A stretch of DNA of 64,000 nt from Nibricoccus sp. (GTDB lineage: Bacteria > Verrucomicrobiota > Verrucomicrobiia > Opitutales > Opitutaceae). The translations under genes were made by a program, and so were the position numbers. Under the pieces are notes generated by a model. That model did not search any database, was not told the DNA's origin, and was given only the letters and a program-made list of their open reading frames with translations. The DNA lies in contig JASGHG010000001.1 of the NCBI GenBank assembly GCA_047602425.1, forward strand, positions 960,001-1,024,000, given 5' to 3'. Below, piece after piece: positions 40,753-50,485 of the stretch (positions are counted from its first letter, which is position 1; each line of letters begins with the position of its first letter).

Positions 40753-41716
40753 GGCGATTTTCACCGGCGTGGAATTGAGACATCTGCGCTATTTCAGCAT
40801 GCTCGCGGAAACTCTGAACTTTTCGCGCGCGGCCGAACGTCTGCATGTCACCCAACCCGCGCTCAGCCGACAGATCCGCGATTTGGAGGAGGAACTGGGC
40901 GTCACGCTTATCGAGCGCGGCGCCGGAGAAAACAAACTCACTCCTACCGGCAAAAAATTTCTGGCCGGCGCCCGCCAGCTTCTGACCGCGGCCGAGACAC
41001 TGGTGTCCGGCGTGCATCAAAAAGCCGGGAAGGAATGCCCTCCCCTGCGCCTCGCCGTTTTCGGTTCGCTCATGGCCGACCGCATCGCTCCCTTCGTACG
41101 CGCAATGGTTCGCCGCCATCCGGGACTCCATTTCGCGATCGAAGAGGCTGTGCCCGTGGAAGCGTTGCGGGATCTCCGGTTAAAAAAACTGGATGCAGTT
41201 TTCAGCGGCGAACCCGAACCAGCGCGCCTGCGCGGTCTCGAATCGCGCGTCGTATGGATCACCCAGCACGACATCCTTCTGCCCGCCAACCATCGGCTGG
41301 CCAAGCGACGGTCCGTCGCACTGTCCGAACTGCGCGACGAACGTTGGTGCATTTGGGACGACCGCGTTTTCCCCGGATTCGGTCGATATACGATCAAAGC
41401 CTTCAGAGCTGCCGGATTTCGCCCCGAGATAGCTGGTTATACAGACAGCCTAACCAGCACCTTGATGCACGTGGCGGCAGGCGATTATATAAGCAACGTG
41501 CCACCCATAGCCCGCAAGCTGCCTCACCCCGGAGTGGTTTTTGTCCCCACCGATCCGCCAGAGGCCATGGAAATTCCCGTGCTACTGGTATGGCGGCCGG
41601 ATTCGCCTCACGCGGAACCGCTGCGCTGGCTCGCCAAAGCCATCGAAGCCGCCCTGGCCGTTGCTCCGGTGTCAGACCTTTGCAGCGCATCGCAAAAAAA
41701 AGCCAGAGTACTTTGA
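40751..41716 (+). CDS. LysR-family regulator
   Basis: ELRHLRYF..LNFSRAAERLHVTQPALSRQIRDLEEELG. Confidence 0.95.
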   Translation: MAIFTGVELRHLRYFSMLAETLNFSRAAERLHVTQPALSRQIRDLEEELGVTLIERGAGENKLTPTGKKFLAGARQLLTAAETLVSGVHQKAGKECPPLRLAVFGSLMADRIAPFVRAMVRRHPGLHFAIEEAVPVEALRDLRLKKLDAVFSGEPEPARLRGLESRVVWITQHDILLPANHRLAKRRSVALSELRDERWCIWDDRVFPGFGRYTIKAFRAAGFRPEIAGYTDSLTSTLMHVAAGDYISNVPPIARKLPHPGVVFVPTDPPEAMEIPVLLVWRPDSPHAEPLRWLAKAIEAALAVAPVSDLCSASQKKARVL

Positions 41717-41817
41717 CTCTGGCTGGTGGCCTAAGAACCGCAGGTCTCTTTGGGCTCCCCTGGCGATTTCATCTGGTTTTATATTTTCCTGTTCCGGATG
41801 AAGCAAAGGCGAAGTAT

Positions 41818-42423
41818 TCAGCCGAGCTGGCGAAGGATTTCCTGCTGGCGGGCATAGTCGGGCAGCACGTTCACGTGGTAGTGGCGCTTGAGCACGGCAC
41901 CGACAATGCCGAAGAAACCGACAATCATGCCCACACGGAGCGAGACGGCGGAAAAGCTGCCACCATGGAAAGGCGTGTTGGCCGCGACAGAAAGCAGCGC
42001 CAGTCCAACCCCAAGTCCAAGAACCAAGGGTACCCAGCGATAATCGCGCTTCTCCTCCTCCAGGCTGGCGAGAGAAATTTCCGCCTGCTGGCGGAGACTC
42101 GAAATGACCGCGCGGGCAAGGCCACGCTGGCGTTTCACACGGCGATAAGCCAAAACCGCGCACACCACCAAAAACATCAAATGCAAAACAGCATTCGTCC
42201 AATATAGCGGAGTGCCGGCGCTGGGTCGGTAGAGGAAATTCACGACCGAGAGCAGCGGGGTGAAGATCAGGCCAAAAACGAGACCGAAGGCTTCGTAGGC
42301 CAGGAAGCGCTGGCGGCGTTTGAAGGCGTTTACGAGGGGGCGCTGGTTTTCGGCGAGCGCACGGGTGCGGGCATCGGCCGGTTCCTGGCCGGCCCAGAGG
42401 GATTGGATTTCGTCAAAGTTCAT
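41818..42423 (-). CDS. four-TM putative anti-sigma factor
   Basis: MNFDEIQSLW N-terminus; overlaps the sigma 3' end; four hydrophobic segments. Confidence 0.7.
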   Translation of the reverse strand: MNFDEIQSLWAGQEPADARTRALAENQRPLVNAFKRRQRFLAYEAFGLVFGLIFTPLLSVVNFLYRPSAGTPLYWTNAVLHLMFLVVCAVLAYRRVKRQRGLARAVISSLRQQAEISLASLEEEKRDYRWVPLVLGLGVGLALLSVAANTPFHGGSFSAVSLRVGMIVGFFGIVGAVLKRHYHVNVLPDYARQQEILRQLG

Positions 42424-42919
42424 GTTTCAAATTTTCGGTTAGAGCGGTGAGTTGGTTTTTGATGCGGTGGAGTCGGACGCCGACATTGGCTTCGGACAAA
42501 CCGGTGACTTCAGCGATTTCGGCGTAGCTGAGCCGGTCGAGGAACAGGAGCATCACGCTTCGGTCGACGGGCGGGAGCTCCTGGATGCGCGCGTAGAGCC
42601 AGGCGAGGCGGTCCCCACCCTCGGCGCGCGCGGCCGGCGCGTCGGGCTCTTCGAGCGCGTAGTGATCGATTTTTCGCGTGTAGCGCTGGCGGGAACGTTT
42701 CCAATTGAGCGCGCAACTGTGAGCGACGCGATAGATGTAGGTGGACAATTTCGAGCGGCCCTGAAATTGCGGCAACGCCTGCCACAACGAAAACAGAATC
42801 TCCTGGCGCAGGTCGTCGCAATCGGCGGCGTTTTGCGTGAAAGCGCGGGCAGTCTTGGCGATCATGCCCGCGTGTTCACGGTGGACTTCCTGAAACAGTT
42901 GTTCGAGCGAAGCGGACAC
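42413..42919 (-). CDS. ECF sigma factor
   Basis: DLRQEI...LW, STYIYRVA, LSYAEIAEVTG.SE.NVGVRLHR; start set at GTG 42919. Confidence 0.92.
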   Translation of the reverse strand: MSASLEQLFQEVHREHAGMIAKTARAFTQNAADCDDLRQEILFSLWQALPQFQGRSKLSTYIYRVAHSCALNWKRSRQRYTRKIDHYALEEPDAPAARAEGGDRLAWLYARIQELPPVDRSVMLLFLDRLSYAEIAEVTGLSEANVGVRLHRIKNQLTALTENLKHEL

Positions 42920-42924
42920 GGAGG

Positions 42925-43080
42925 TTAGCGCGTTGGGGTGGACGGACTGGATTCGGACGCAACGACGCGGCGGGCGGCTAACATGATCATCAAGGCGATG
43001 CCGGGACATACGACCCACAACCAAGTGTAGGTGCGGTGGCTGATGTGCTGACCAAACAAGATATATTCGATATTTTTCAT
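42925..43080 (-). CDS. 51-aa single-TM peptide leading the sigma operon
   Basis: MKNIEYILFGQHISHRTYTWLWVVCPGIALMIMLAARR..; lies between the promoter motif and the sigma gene. Confidence 0.5.
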   Translation of the reverse strand: MKNIEYILFGQHISHRTYTWLWVVCPGIALMIMLAARRVVASESSPSTPTR

Positions 43081-43101
43081 ATTATAGAGGTGTTCGTTAA
43101 G

Positions 43102-43131
43102 ATTAGGCACCGGTGCCGGCGAAACCTTACA
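43102..43131 (-). promoter_or_regulatory. candidate ECF promoter TGTAAG-N16-TGCCTAAT
   Basis: Same motif and spacing at 45733-45762. Confidence 0.7.
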
Positions 43132-43225
43132 AACTTCTCTCAAAATCTTTCCATGAAATGTAAGCCCTTGGTAACAAGTAAATAAATCCACCAGAGCTAA
43201 ATCGTGCTACTGCGGCTCTTTCACT

Positions 43226-43594
43226 TCACTGAAGGAAAGCGCGGCAAGAAATCTGGATGGGGTTTTTCGCCGGATCGCGCGCATTCGCGAATTCGTAACC
43301 CTCGCCTTTGTGGCTCATACCAAAGATCAAACCTTCCTTCCTGGCCTGGGCCTTGAAGCCCTCGATATCCTCAACGTCAAACACGAGCTTGATGCAGGAC
43401 TGGCCGGTACGATGACCTTTGCTCGCCTGAATAAGGAGAAGCGAAAAACCGCCAGTCGACGACGCGAGCTCAAGCAGGTCGGCTTCCTTCCGTGGCTTTG
43501 ACTGGAAACCAAAGTGCTTGGCATAAAATGCAGCCACTTTGGGGATATCCTTCACATACAAAATCACACGTGAGATGGGCGGGGTAAGTTTCAT
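43226..43594 (-). CDS. VOC/glyoxalase-family protein
   Basis: VILYVKDI...AAFY..HFG, LVFDVEDI, RDPAKNPIQI. Confidence 0.85.
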   Translation of the reverse strand: MKLTPPISRVILYVKDIPKVAAFYAKHFGFQSKPRKEADLLELASSTGGFSLLLIQASKGHRTGQSCIKLVFDVEDIEGFKAQARKEGLIFGMSHKGEGYEFANARDPAKNPIQISCRAFLQ

Positions 43595-43642
43595 CTTTGC
43601 GCAATGTTGAGGCGCATGAGTGTCTGTCAATTGGTTCAACAC

Positions 43643-43676
43643 AAAAAATAACCCCGCGTGATCCGCGGGGTTATTT
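43643..43676 (-). terminator. rho-independent terminator
   Basis: AAATAACCCCGCG-loop-CGCGGGGTTATTT after the S9 peptidase. Confidence 0.75.
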
Positions 43677-43727
43677 GAAGAATGCGTGTGTCGAAGGTAT
43701 TTCCAGGTCGGAAAGCGCACCTGATTT

Positions 43728-45716
43728 TTACCGCGTATTGGCGGGCGCGCGAGGTTCGGATTTGTCCTGCGTCGTCGGCTTGTCCTCAAGGATCCGACCG
43801 CCGAGATGCCTGGCGAGGAACTTTTCCGCGCGGCGATAGAATTCCATTCGATTTTCCTCCAAATGGAAGCTGTGGCCTTCGTTCGCTTTGAAAAGAGTTT
43901 CCACTTCGATACCGCGAACCGTGAGCGTAGCGGCGATCTTCTCGGCGTGCGATTGCTTCACCCGAGGATCGCTACCGCCGTGGGCGATCAGGAGCGGAGC
44001 GCGGATAAGGTCCGCGTGTTGCAACGGCGAGACGGCCGTCAGCGCTTCGCGGTCCGCATTCGGATCGCCCACCATGACGTGAAACATCGCCCGCCCGGGA
44101 TGGGACGGCGGCACGGCCGATAGCCAGTCGCAAATGTCCGACACGCCGCTATCATCGATGCCGCAGCGGAAGAGTTCCGGCGTGAACGCCAGACCGGCGA
44201 GCGTGGCGTAGCCGCCGTAGGAGATGCCGTAGATGCCGATGCGGTCAGGTTCGGCAAACTTTTGTTCCACCAGCCAGCGCACGCCGTCGGTGATGTCGTC
44301 CTGCATCGCGCGGCCCCATTGCTTGAAACCCGCTTCCCAAAAGGCTCGGCCATAACCGGTCGAACCGCGATAATTGATCTGAAGGACCGTGTAGCCTCGG
44401 TTGGCAAAAAACTGCACTTCAGGATCCGCACGCCATTGATCCCGCGCCCACGGCCCGCCGTGAATCATGAGCAACGTGGGCGTGGGACCTGTGGCGCCGC
44501 GCGGCCGCGTCAAATAACCGTGGATCGTCAGCCCGTCCCGGGCACGATAGCTGACCGGCGTGATGGTCGACAGTTGGCTGGCGTCGATCCAGGGAGTCAC
44601 CACTCCGATCTGGGTGAGCTCCTTGGTGGATTCACGATAACGGTAGAACGCACCGGGGTCGCCGTCACTCCACGCCTTGACGACGAAGTCGGTGCCCGTG
44701 CGATTGTGCCCGGTAAACTCCAAGGCTTTTCCCGGCAGCAGTTGCGCCAGCTCGAGTTCGCGATTACGCGCGCGCTCGTCGAAATACACGCGCTGCGTTT
44801 TTTCCCCGACGTAATAGGCACCGACAATCTTTTCCTCCCGCTCGTCTCTCAGCAAACCAGCCGCGTCGTAATCGGGATTGGCATAGATCACTTCGAATTC
44901 GTTACCATCGCGCGGATCCATCAGCACGACCGCGGCTTTATCGCGACCACGATTTGAAAGGGCATACACATAACGATTGTCGCGGGTGAAAAAGAGCGGT
45001 CCGACGGTGGAGCGAAAATCGGTCGTCAACACCTTCTCGAATGGCGCGTCGTTGGTCACGCGATGAAAGAGCGCAAAATTCACACCGTCCGTGGCAATCG
45101 CGAGCCGGACGACGCCGGCGTGGTCGACGATGTAGTTGACGTAGTTGCGGTCGTTTTTCACGACGAGTTCAGTCGCCCCGGTATTCACGTCGAGTTTGTG
45201 CACATCCGCAACGCGAGGATCGCGCTGGTTGAGTTTGATGAGCAAATGGGTGTCGTCGAGCTGCGACAAAATTGCCGCACGCACTCCGGTTTCGGGCGTG
45301 AGCGCCCGCATACCCGTGCCGTCGCGGCCGATGACATTGATGTGCCAGTTTTGCCGTTCGCCCTCATCGGTCGCATAGGCCAGCCGGTCATTGCCGACCC
45401 AAAAGAATCCGCCAATGTCGTGCACGGTGGAATTGGTCAACCGGATCCCTTCCGTATCGCCAACGCGCTTCACAAACAGGTTCTGGCGGCGCTCGTAAGG
45501 CGCGAGATACGCCACATAATCGCTGTCTGGAGAGATTTTGACCTGGGCGATCGCCGGCAGGCGAAAGAGCGTCTCAATCGGAATCAACGGCGCTGTTTCC
45601 GAGGCGCAAATTCTGGCGACCGCGGCAAGCAGCACGGCAATTAACAGGAACGATTGAAGGGATAAACTGCGGCCAAAGAGGAGGCCGAGGCGGGTGGTGA
45701 TGACGGTGGATTTCAT
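43728..45716 (-). CDS. S9-family serine peptidase, exported
   Basis: IHGGPW, NYRGSTGYG, GISYGG, DPRV, EGH; start MKSTVIT. Confidence 0.93.
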   Translation of the reverse strand: MKSTVITTRLGLLFGRSLSLQSFLLIAVLLAAVARICASETAPLIPIETLFRLPAIAQVKISPDSDYVAYLAPYERRQNLFVKRVGDTEGIRLTNSTVHDIGGFFWVGNDRLAYATDEGERQNWHINVIGRDGTGMRALTPETGVRAAILSQLDDTHLLIKLNQRDPRVADVHKLDVNTGATELVVKNDRNYVNYIVDHAGVVRLAIATDGVNFALFHRVTNDAPFEKVLTTDFRSTVGPLFFTRDNRYVYALSNRGRDKAAVVLMDPRDGNEFEVIYANPDYDAAGLLRDEREEKIVGAYYVGEKTQRVYFDERARNRELELAQLLPGKALEFTGHNRTGTDFVVKAWSDGDPGAFYRYRESTKELTQIGVVTPWIDASQLSTITPVSYRARDGLTIHGYLTRPRGATGPTPTLLMIHGGPWARDQWRADPEVQFFANRGYTVLQINYRGSTGYGRAFWEAGFKQWGRAMQDDITDGVRWLVEQKFAEPDRIGIYGISYGGYATLAGLAFTPELFRCGIDDSGVSDICDWLSAVPPSHPGRAMFHVMVGDPNADREALTAVSPLQHADLIRAPLLIAHGGSDPRVKQSHAEKIAATLTVRGIEVETLFKANEGHSFHLEENRMEFYRRAEKFLARHLGGRILEDKPTTQDKSEPRAPANTR

Positions 45717-45732
45717 AGGTTGTCGTATTGGC

Positions 45733-45762
45733 ATTAGGCACCGCTCCCCGAAAAAACTTACA
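45733..45762 (-). promoter_or_regulatory. candidate ECF promoter TGTAAG-N16-TGCCTAAT
   Basis: Second copy, just upstream of the peptidase ATG. Confidence 0.7.
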
Positions 45763-45863
45763 AAACCCCGCACTTTTCCTCGCGCCTTGCGCGGAAGCAG
45801 ATCGATCGGAGCGCGAATTACCCGCTTGCTCCGCGCCCGGCCTCGTGGGAGACATCGCTTTCC

Positions 45864-46247
45864 ATGCAATCGAAACCTCAAGTCCTCGTCTGGATCACGT
45901 GCGATGGCGTCCACATCGACCCGTCCTCGGGCAAGCACACCATTCTCGGCGTTTTCTCCAACATTCGCGCCCGTCAATTCCCCGTCGTGCATCCGTTCAT
46001 GATCTGGTTCATGACCTTGAGCGATGTTCCCCAAGGCGAACATCACATCAAAATTTCCCTTGGCCTCGATCCCGCCAACGCCGCGCCGATCATCGACCGC
46101 AAGTTCGAATCCCAAAGCCCTCTTCAGCGCATCAATCTCATCAACGAAATCCGCAACCTGAGTTTCGACAAACCTGGAGACTACTCGCTCATCATCGAGG
46201 TCGATGACGAACCACTTCTCGCCACCAATATCACGGTGAGTAACTAA
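45864..46247 (+). CDS. DUF6941-like protein
   Basis: CD.V..DP.SGKHTILGVF, F..PG.Y. Confidence 0.7.
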   Translation: MQSKPQVLVWITCDGVHIDPSSGKHTILGVFSNIRARQFPVVHPFMIWFMTLSDVPQGEHHIKISLGLDPANAAPIIDRKFESQSPLQRINLINEIRNLSFDKPGDYSLIIEVDDEPLLATNITVSN

Positions 46248-46265
46248 GCTCGTTCCCTCTTACCC

Positions 46266-47300
46266 ATGGCCGCAACTTCGTCCTCAACTTCAACCACCTT
46301 CGACTTGATCGGTGTCGGCGCGCCCATCATGGACCTCGTCGCGAACGTGCCCGACAGTTTCCTGCCTCACGCCAAGGGCGAAAAAGGTGGCATGGTGATG
46401 GTCAACGCCGACGAGATCGCGCGTCTCGTCGCCCTGCTTCCCGCATTGCCCAAAATCACGCCCGGCGGCTCCGCGGCCAACACCGCTTTCAATGCCAACC
46501 GCCTCGGGCTGCGCACGGCCTTCGTCGGCAAGCTCGGCGGCGACGAACTCGCCGATATCTACAAAGAGCGCTTCGCCAGCGCGGGTGTCGATACCTCGCG
46601 TTTCAAGCAAAGCGACCTGCCCAATGCCCGCTGCCTCATTCTCACGACGCCCGACGCCCAACGCACGATGCGCACCTGCCTCGGCGCGGTGCTGACGCTC
46701 TCGCCCGACGAAATTTCTCCCGCCGATTTCGCCGGCGCCCGCATGGTTCACATCGAAGGCTACGTTTTGTTCAACCAGGCCCTTGCGGAAAAAATTCTCA
46801 CCGCCGCCCGATCCGCCGGGTGCGCGATCAGTCTGTCGTTTGCCTCCTTCGAAGTCGTCGCCGCGACCCGCGACTGGTTGCTCGGCCAATTGAAACAAGG
46901 CCTGCCGCTCGTCTTTGCCAACGAGGATGAAGCGCGCACGATGTTCCCGGAACTTCCCGCCAAAACGCCCGAAGACTACGCCGCGCACGCGAAGAAGTTC
47001 GCCTCGTTCGGCGGCACCGCCGCGATCACCCTCGGTAAGGATGGCGCCTGGATCGCCCGCGGCAAAGAACTCCACCGCGTCGCTCCGGTCGTGGTCAACG
47101 ATGCGATCGATACAAATGGCGCCGGCGATGCCTGGGCCGCCGGTTTCCTCGCTGGTTATTTGCGCAACCATTCTCTACCGGTCTGCGGTAAAATCGCTTC
47201 GCTGCTCGGCGCCGAAACTGTCCGTCACAGCGGCCCGATCATTCCTGATTCGACGTGGCCCGCCATCGCCGAAAAGGCGAATGCACTGGCCAGCACCTAA
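46266..47300 (+). CDS. PfkB/adenosine kinase family
   Basis: GGSAAN, RTMRTCLG, FANEDEA, DTNGAGD. Confidence 0.9.
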   Translation: MAATSSSTSTTFDLIGVGAPIMDLVANVPDSFLPHAKGEKGGMVMVNADEIARLVALLPALPKITPGGSAANTAFNANRLGLRTAFVGKLGGDELADIYKERFASAGVDTSRFKQSDLPNARCLILTTPDAQRTMRTCLGAVLTLSPDEISPADFAGARMVHIEGYVLFNQALAEKILTAARSAGCAISLSFASFEVVAATRDWLLGQLKQGLPLVFANEDEARTMFPELPAKTPEDYAAHAKKFASFGGTAAITLGKDGAWIARGKELHRVAPVVVNDAIDTNGAGDAWAAGFLAGYLRNHSLPVCGKIASLLGAETVRHSGPIIPDSTWPAIAEKANALAST

Positions 47301-47355
47301 GTTTTCCGACGGTAGGACACCTTTCCGAGACGTCCCTACCTCGACCCTATTCGCG

Positions 47356-50300
47356 TCAATTCGCGTTCATTCGCGGTTTCTTTTCCTGCCCGAGCAGCGT
47401 GTACAACGCAGGCAGCACAAGCAGCGTCAACAGGGTGTTCGTGAAAATGCCGCCGATCACCACGGTCGCGAGCGGACGCTGAACTTCGCCGCCCACGCCA
47501 ACATTGACCGCCATCGGGATAAAACCCACCGCGGCCACCAGCGCCGTCATGAGCACTGGGCGCAGCCGCACAAGACAACCCTCGCGGACCGCACGCTCGA
47601 GCGACACGCCGGCTTCTCGGCGCTGTTTGATGAACGTCACCAACACCAAACCATTCAAAATCGCCACACCACTCAACGCGATGAAGCCAATCGCCGAACT
47701 CACCGTGAAGGGCAGCCCGCGCAGCCACAAAGCCAGCACACCACCCACCAAGCCGAGTGGAATGCCCGAAGCCACGACCAGCACCTCGCTCACTTTTTTC
47801 AGACTGAAGAACAGCAAAACAAAAATCATCGCCAGCGCCATCGGCACCACAAACATCAGTTTGCGGTTGGCGCGCTCCATGTTTTCAAACTGGCCGCCCC
47901 ACTCCAACGTGTAGCCCTCGGGCAACTTCACCTGGGCAGCGATCTTTTCCTTCGCCTCGGCCACGAAGTTCGCAACGTCACGACCGCGCACGTTGCACTG
48001 CACGGTGATCCGGCGATCGCCCCACTCGCGGTTGATCGTCGAGGGCCCTTCGAATTCGGAGATTTTCGCCAGTTGGCTCAAGGGCAAGGTTTGACCCGAG
48101 GCCGTCGGGATCAGTGTCGCTGCCAGCGCCGCCGGATCGGTGCGTTGCCTGTCGGGCAAGCGTACCACCAGCGGAAACCGCCGCTGTCCTTCGCGCACAT
48201 CGCCCACACGCCGCGAGCCCACCGCTTCGACTACGTTGAGCACATTGCGCGTCGGGATGCCGTGTCGCGCGATTGCCTGCGGGTCGACGCGCACCTGAAG
48301 AAATGTCTGCCCTGTCAACTGCTCAACCGACGCCTCGCTGGCGCCCTGCACATCGCCCAACAAAGCCTGCACTTCATCGCCCAGCCGCCGCAATTCCTCA
48401 AGGTCTGGGCCGTAGATTTTGATCGCGATGTCGCCGCGCGCTCCGGCGATCATTTCGTTCAGCCGCATTTCGATTGGCTGGCTAAACGAGGGTTTTAGCC
48501 CAGGTACCTGGTTTAGGACGGCGCGCATCTTCTGCGTCAATTCATCCTGCGTGCGGGCCTTTTTCCACTGTTCGCGCGGCTTCAACGCGAGGAAGAAATC
48601 CGCGAGTTCCACGCCCATCGGATCGGTCGCCACCTCAGCCGTGCCGAGCCGCGTCCAGATGTGCTCAATTTCGTCGGGAAAGGTCGCCATGAGGACGCGC
48701 TCGATCTGATCGTTTTGCGCCACGGCCTCGTCCACCGATATCCCGGCGAGTCGCACCGTGGTTCCCACAATCGCGCCTTCGCCCAGCTTCGGCAAAAATT
48801 CGCCGCCCATCCGGGCTGCCACCAAAGCCGTCCCGACAAACAATACCACGGCACCAACGAGGGTGAATTTACGATGACGCAGAACCAACGCCAGCATTGG
48901 TTCGTATGCCCGGTGAGCCAGTCGCACCAGCCAGGGCTCTGTCTCTTTCACCTGTTTCGGTAAAAACATCGCAGCCATCACCGGGGTTAAGGTGAGCGCA
49001 AGGACCAGCGAACCCAGAAGCGCAAAAATCAGTGTCAGCGCCATGGGCTTGAACATCTTCCCTTCAATCCCTTCCAAACCCAGGATAGGCAGGAAAACGA
49101 TCATGATGATGCCCACGCCAAAGGCGACCGGCCGCGCCACCTCCAGCGGAGCGCTGCGCAATACTTCATCGCGCTCGTTTTTCGTGAGCACGCGTCCCAG
49201 TTGATGCTGACGTTCCGCCAGTCGTCGCATGGCATTCTCGACCATAACCACAGCGCCATCGACAATCAGCCCGAAGTCCAAAGCCCCAAGACTCAAAAGA
49301 CTCGCCGCAATTCCCGCCTGCAGCATGAAGTTCGCCGCAAACAGCATCGAAAGCGGTATCGCAACGGCGACGATCAAACCCGCGCGGAGGTTGCCAAGAA
49401 ATGCGAACAGGATCGCGATGACCAGCAGCGCCCCGGCAAAGAGATTGTGTTTTACGGTACGGATGACGTTGTCGACCAGTTCCGTCCGGTCATAGAGGAC
49501 TTCCAATTTCACGTCAGGCGGCAGGAATTTTTGCACCTCAGCCAGCTTCGCCTTAAGCGCATGCGTGACGACCGCGCTGTTTTCGCCCATGAGCATGAAG
49601 CCTAGACCGAGCACCGCTTCGCCGCGTCCGTCCGCTGTCACCGCGCCGCGGCGGATTTCGTGATCCTCCTTCACCGTCGCCACATCGCGCACATGAACCG
49701 GGGCACCGTCATGCGCCGCGATGACAATGGCGCCGATCTCGGCGATATTCGTGGTCAAACCAACACCGTGAACCAACAACGATTCGCCACCGCGCTCAAT
49801 CTGGCCTCCGCCGACGTTTTGGTTGTTCGCTTCGAGCGCCTCAACCAGATCTTCGAACGTGAGGCGGTATTTGATCAGTCGGTCAGTTTCCACCACGACA
49901 TGAAATTGTTTCTCGAAACCGCCCCAGGTATTTACCTCGGCGACGCCGGGCACTTTCCGCAATTGCGGCTTCACCACCCAGTCCTGCAATACGCGCAACT
50001 CCGTCGGCGTGCGCTTAGGATCGCTCGAACGAACGACATAGTGAAAAATTTCTCCGAGTCCTGTGGCGATGGGGCCTAGTTGTGGACGCGCCATGCCTTC
50101 GGGCAATTCCACGCTTTGCAAACGCTCGGTGATGAGCTGGCGCGCGCGATAAATGTCGATCCGGTCGTCAAAGGTCGCGACGACTTGCGAAAAGCCGAAT
50201 TTCGAGAGCGAGCGAACGTTTTGCAGACCCGGCAGGCCGGAAATCGCGAGTTCCACCGGCACCGTGATTTGTGCCTCGGTTTCCTGCGGATTAAGCGCCG

Positions 50301-50460
50301 CGGCCGTGGTGTTGATTTGCACCTGCACGGGCGTGGTGTCGGGAAACGCGTCGATGGGCAAGATACTTAACGTACGCGCACCGACAAAAAGCAGAACCAT
50401 CGCCAGGATGCAGACGAGCAAGCGATTCTTCAGCGAAGTGTTGATGATCCAGTTTAGCAT
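47356..50460 (-). CDS. CzcA/CusA heavy-metal RND pump
   Basis: IDAFPD, SLGALDFGLIVDG, EGKMFKPMA, RLRPVLMTA, QRPLATVVIGG. Confidence 0.95.
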   Translation of the reverse strand: MLNWIINTSLKNRLLVCILAMVLLFVGARTLSILPIDAFPDTTPVQVQINTTAAALNPQETEAQITVPVELAISGLPGLQNVRSLSKFGFSQVVATFDDRIDIYRARQLITERLQSVELPEGMARPQLGPIATGLGEIFHYVVRSSDPKRTPTELRVLQDWVVKPQLRKVPGVAEVNTWGGFEKQFHVVVETDRLIKYRLTFEDLVEALEANNQNVGGGQIERGGESLLVHGVGLTTNIAEIGAIVIAAHDGAPVHVRDVATVKEDHEIRRGAVTADGRGEAVLGLGFMLMGENSAVVTHALKAKLAEVQKFLPPDVKLEVLYDRTELVDNVIRTVKHNLFAGALLVIAILFAFLGNLRAGLIVAVAIPLSMLFAANFMLQAGIAASLLSLGALDFGLIVDGAVVMVENAMRRLAERQHQLGRVLTKNERDEVLRSAPLEVARPVAFGVGIIMIVFLPILGLEGIEGKMFKPMALTLIFALLGSLVLALTLTPVMAAMFLPKQVKETEPWLVRLAHRAYEPMLALVLRHRKFTLVGAVVLFVGTALVAARMGGEFLPKLGEGAIVGTTVRLAGISVDEAVAQNDQIERVLMATFPDEIEHIWTRLGTAEVATDPMGVELADFFLALKPREQWKKARTQDELTQKMRAVLNQVPGLKPSFSQPIEMRLNEMIAGARGDIAIKIYGPDLEELRRLGDEVQALLGDVQGASEASVEQLTGQTFLQVRVDPQAIARHGIPTRNVLNVVEAVGSRRVGDVREGQRRFPLVVRLPDRQRTDPAALAATLIPTASGQTLPLSQLAKISEFEGPSTINREWGDRRITVQCNVRGRDVANFVAEAKEKIAAQVKLPEGYTLEWGGQFENMERANRKLMFVVPMALAMIFVLLFFSLKKVSEVLVVASGIPLGLVGGVLALWLRGLPFTVSSAIGFIALSGVAILNGLVLVTFIKQRREAGVSLERAVREGCLVRLRPVLMTALVAAVGFIPMAVNVGVGGEVQRPLATVVIGGIFTNTLLTLLVLPALYTLLGQEKKPRMNAN

Positions 50461-50485
50461 GGAAAATTTCTCCTCGGTTATCTGA

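Noticed and set aside
45717..46115. N-terminal extension of the S9 peptidase
   Set aside because: Overlaps the divergent 45864 gene; signal peptide and promoter motif fit ATG 45716.
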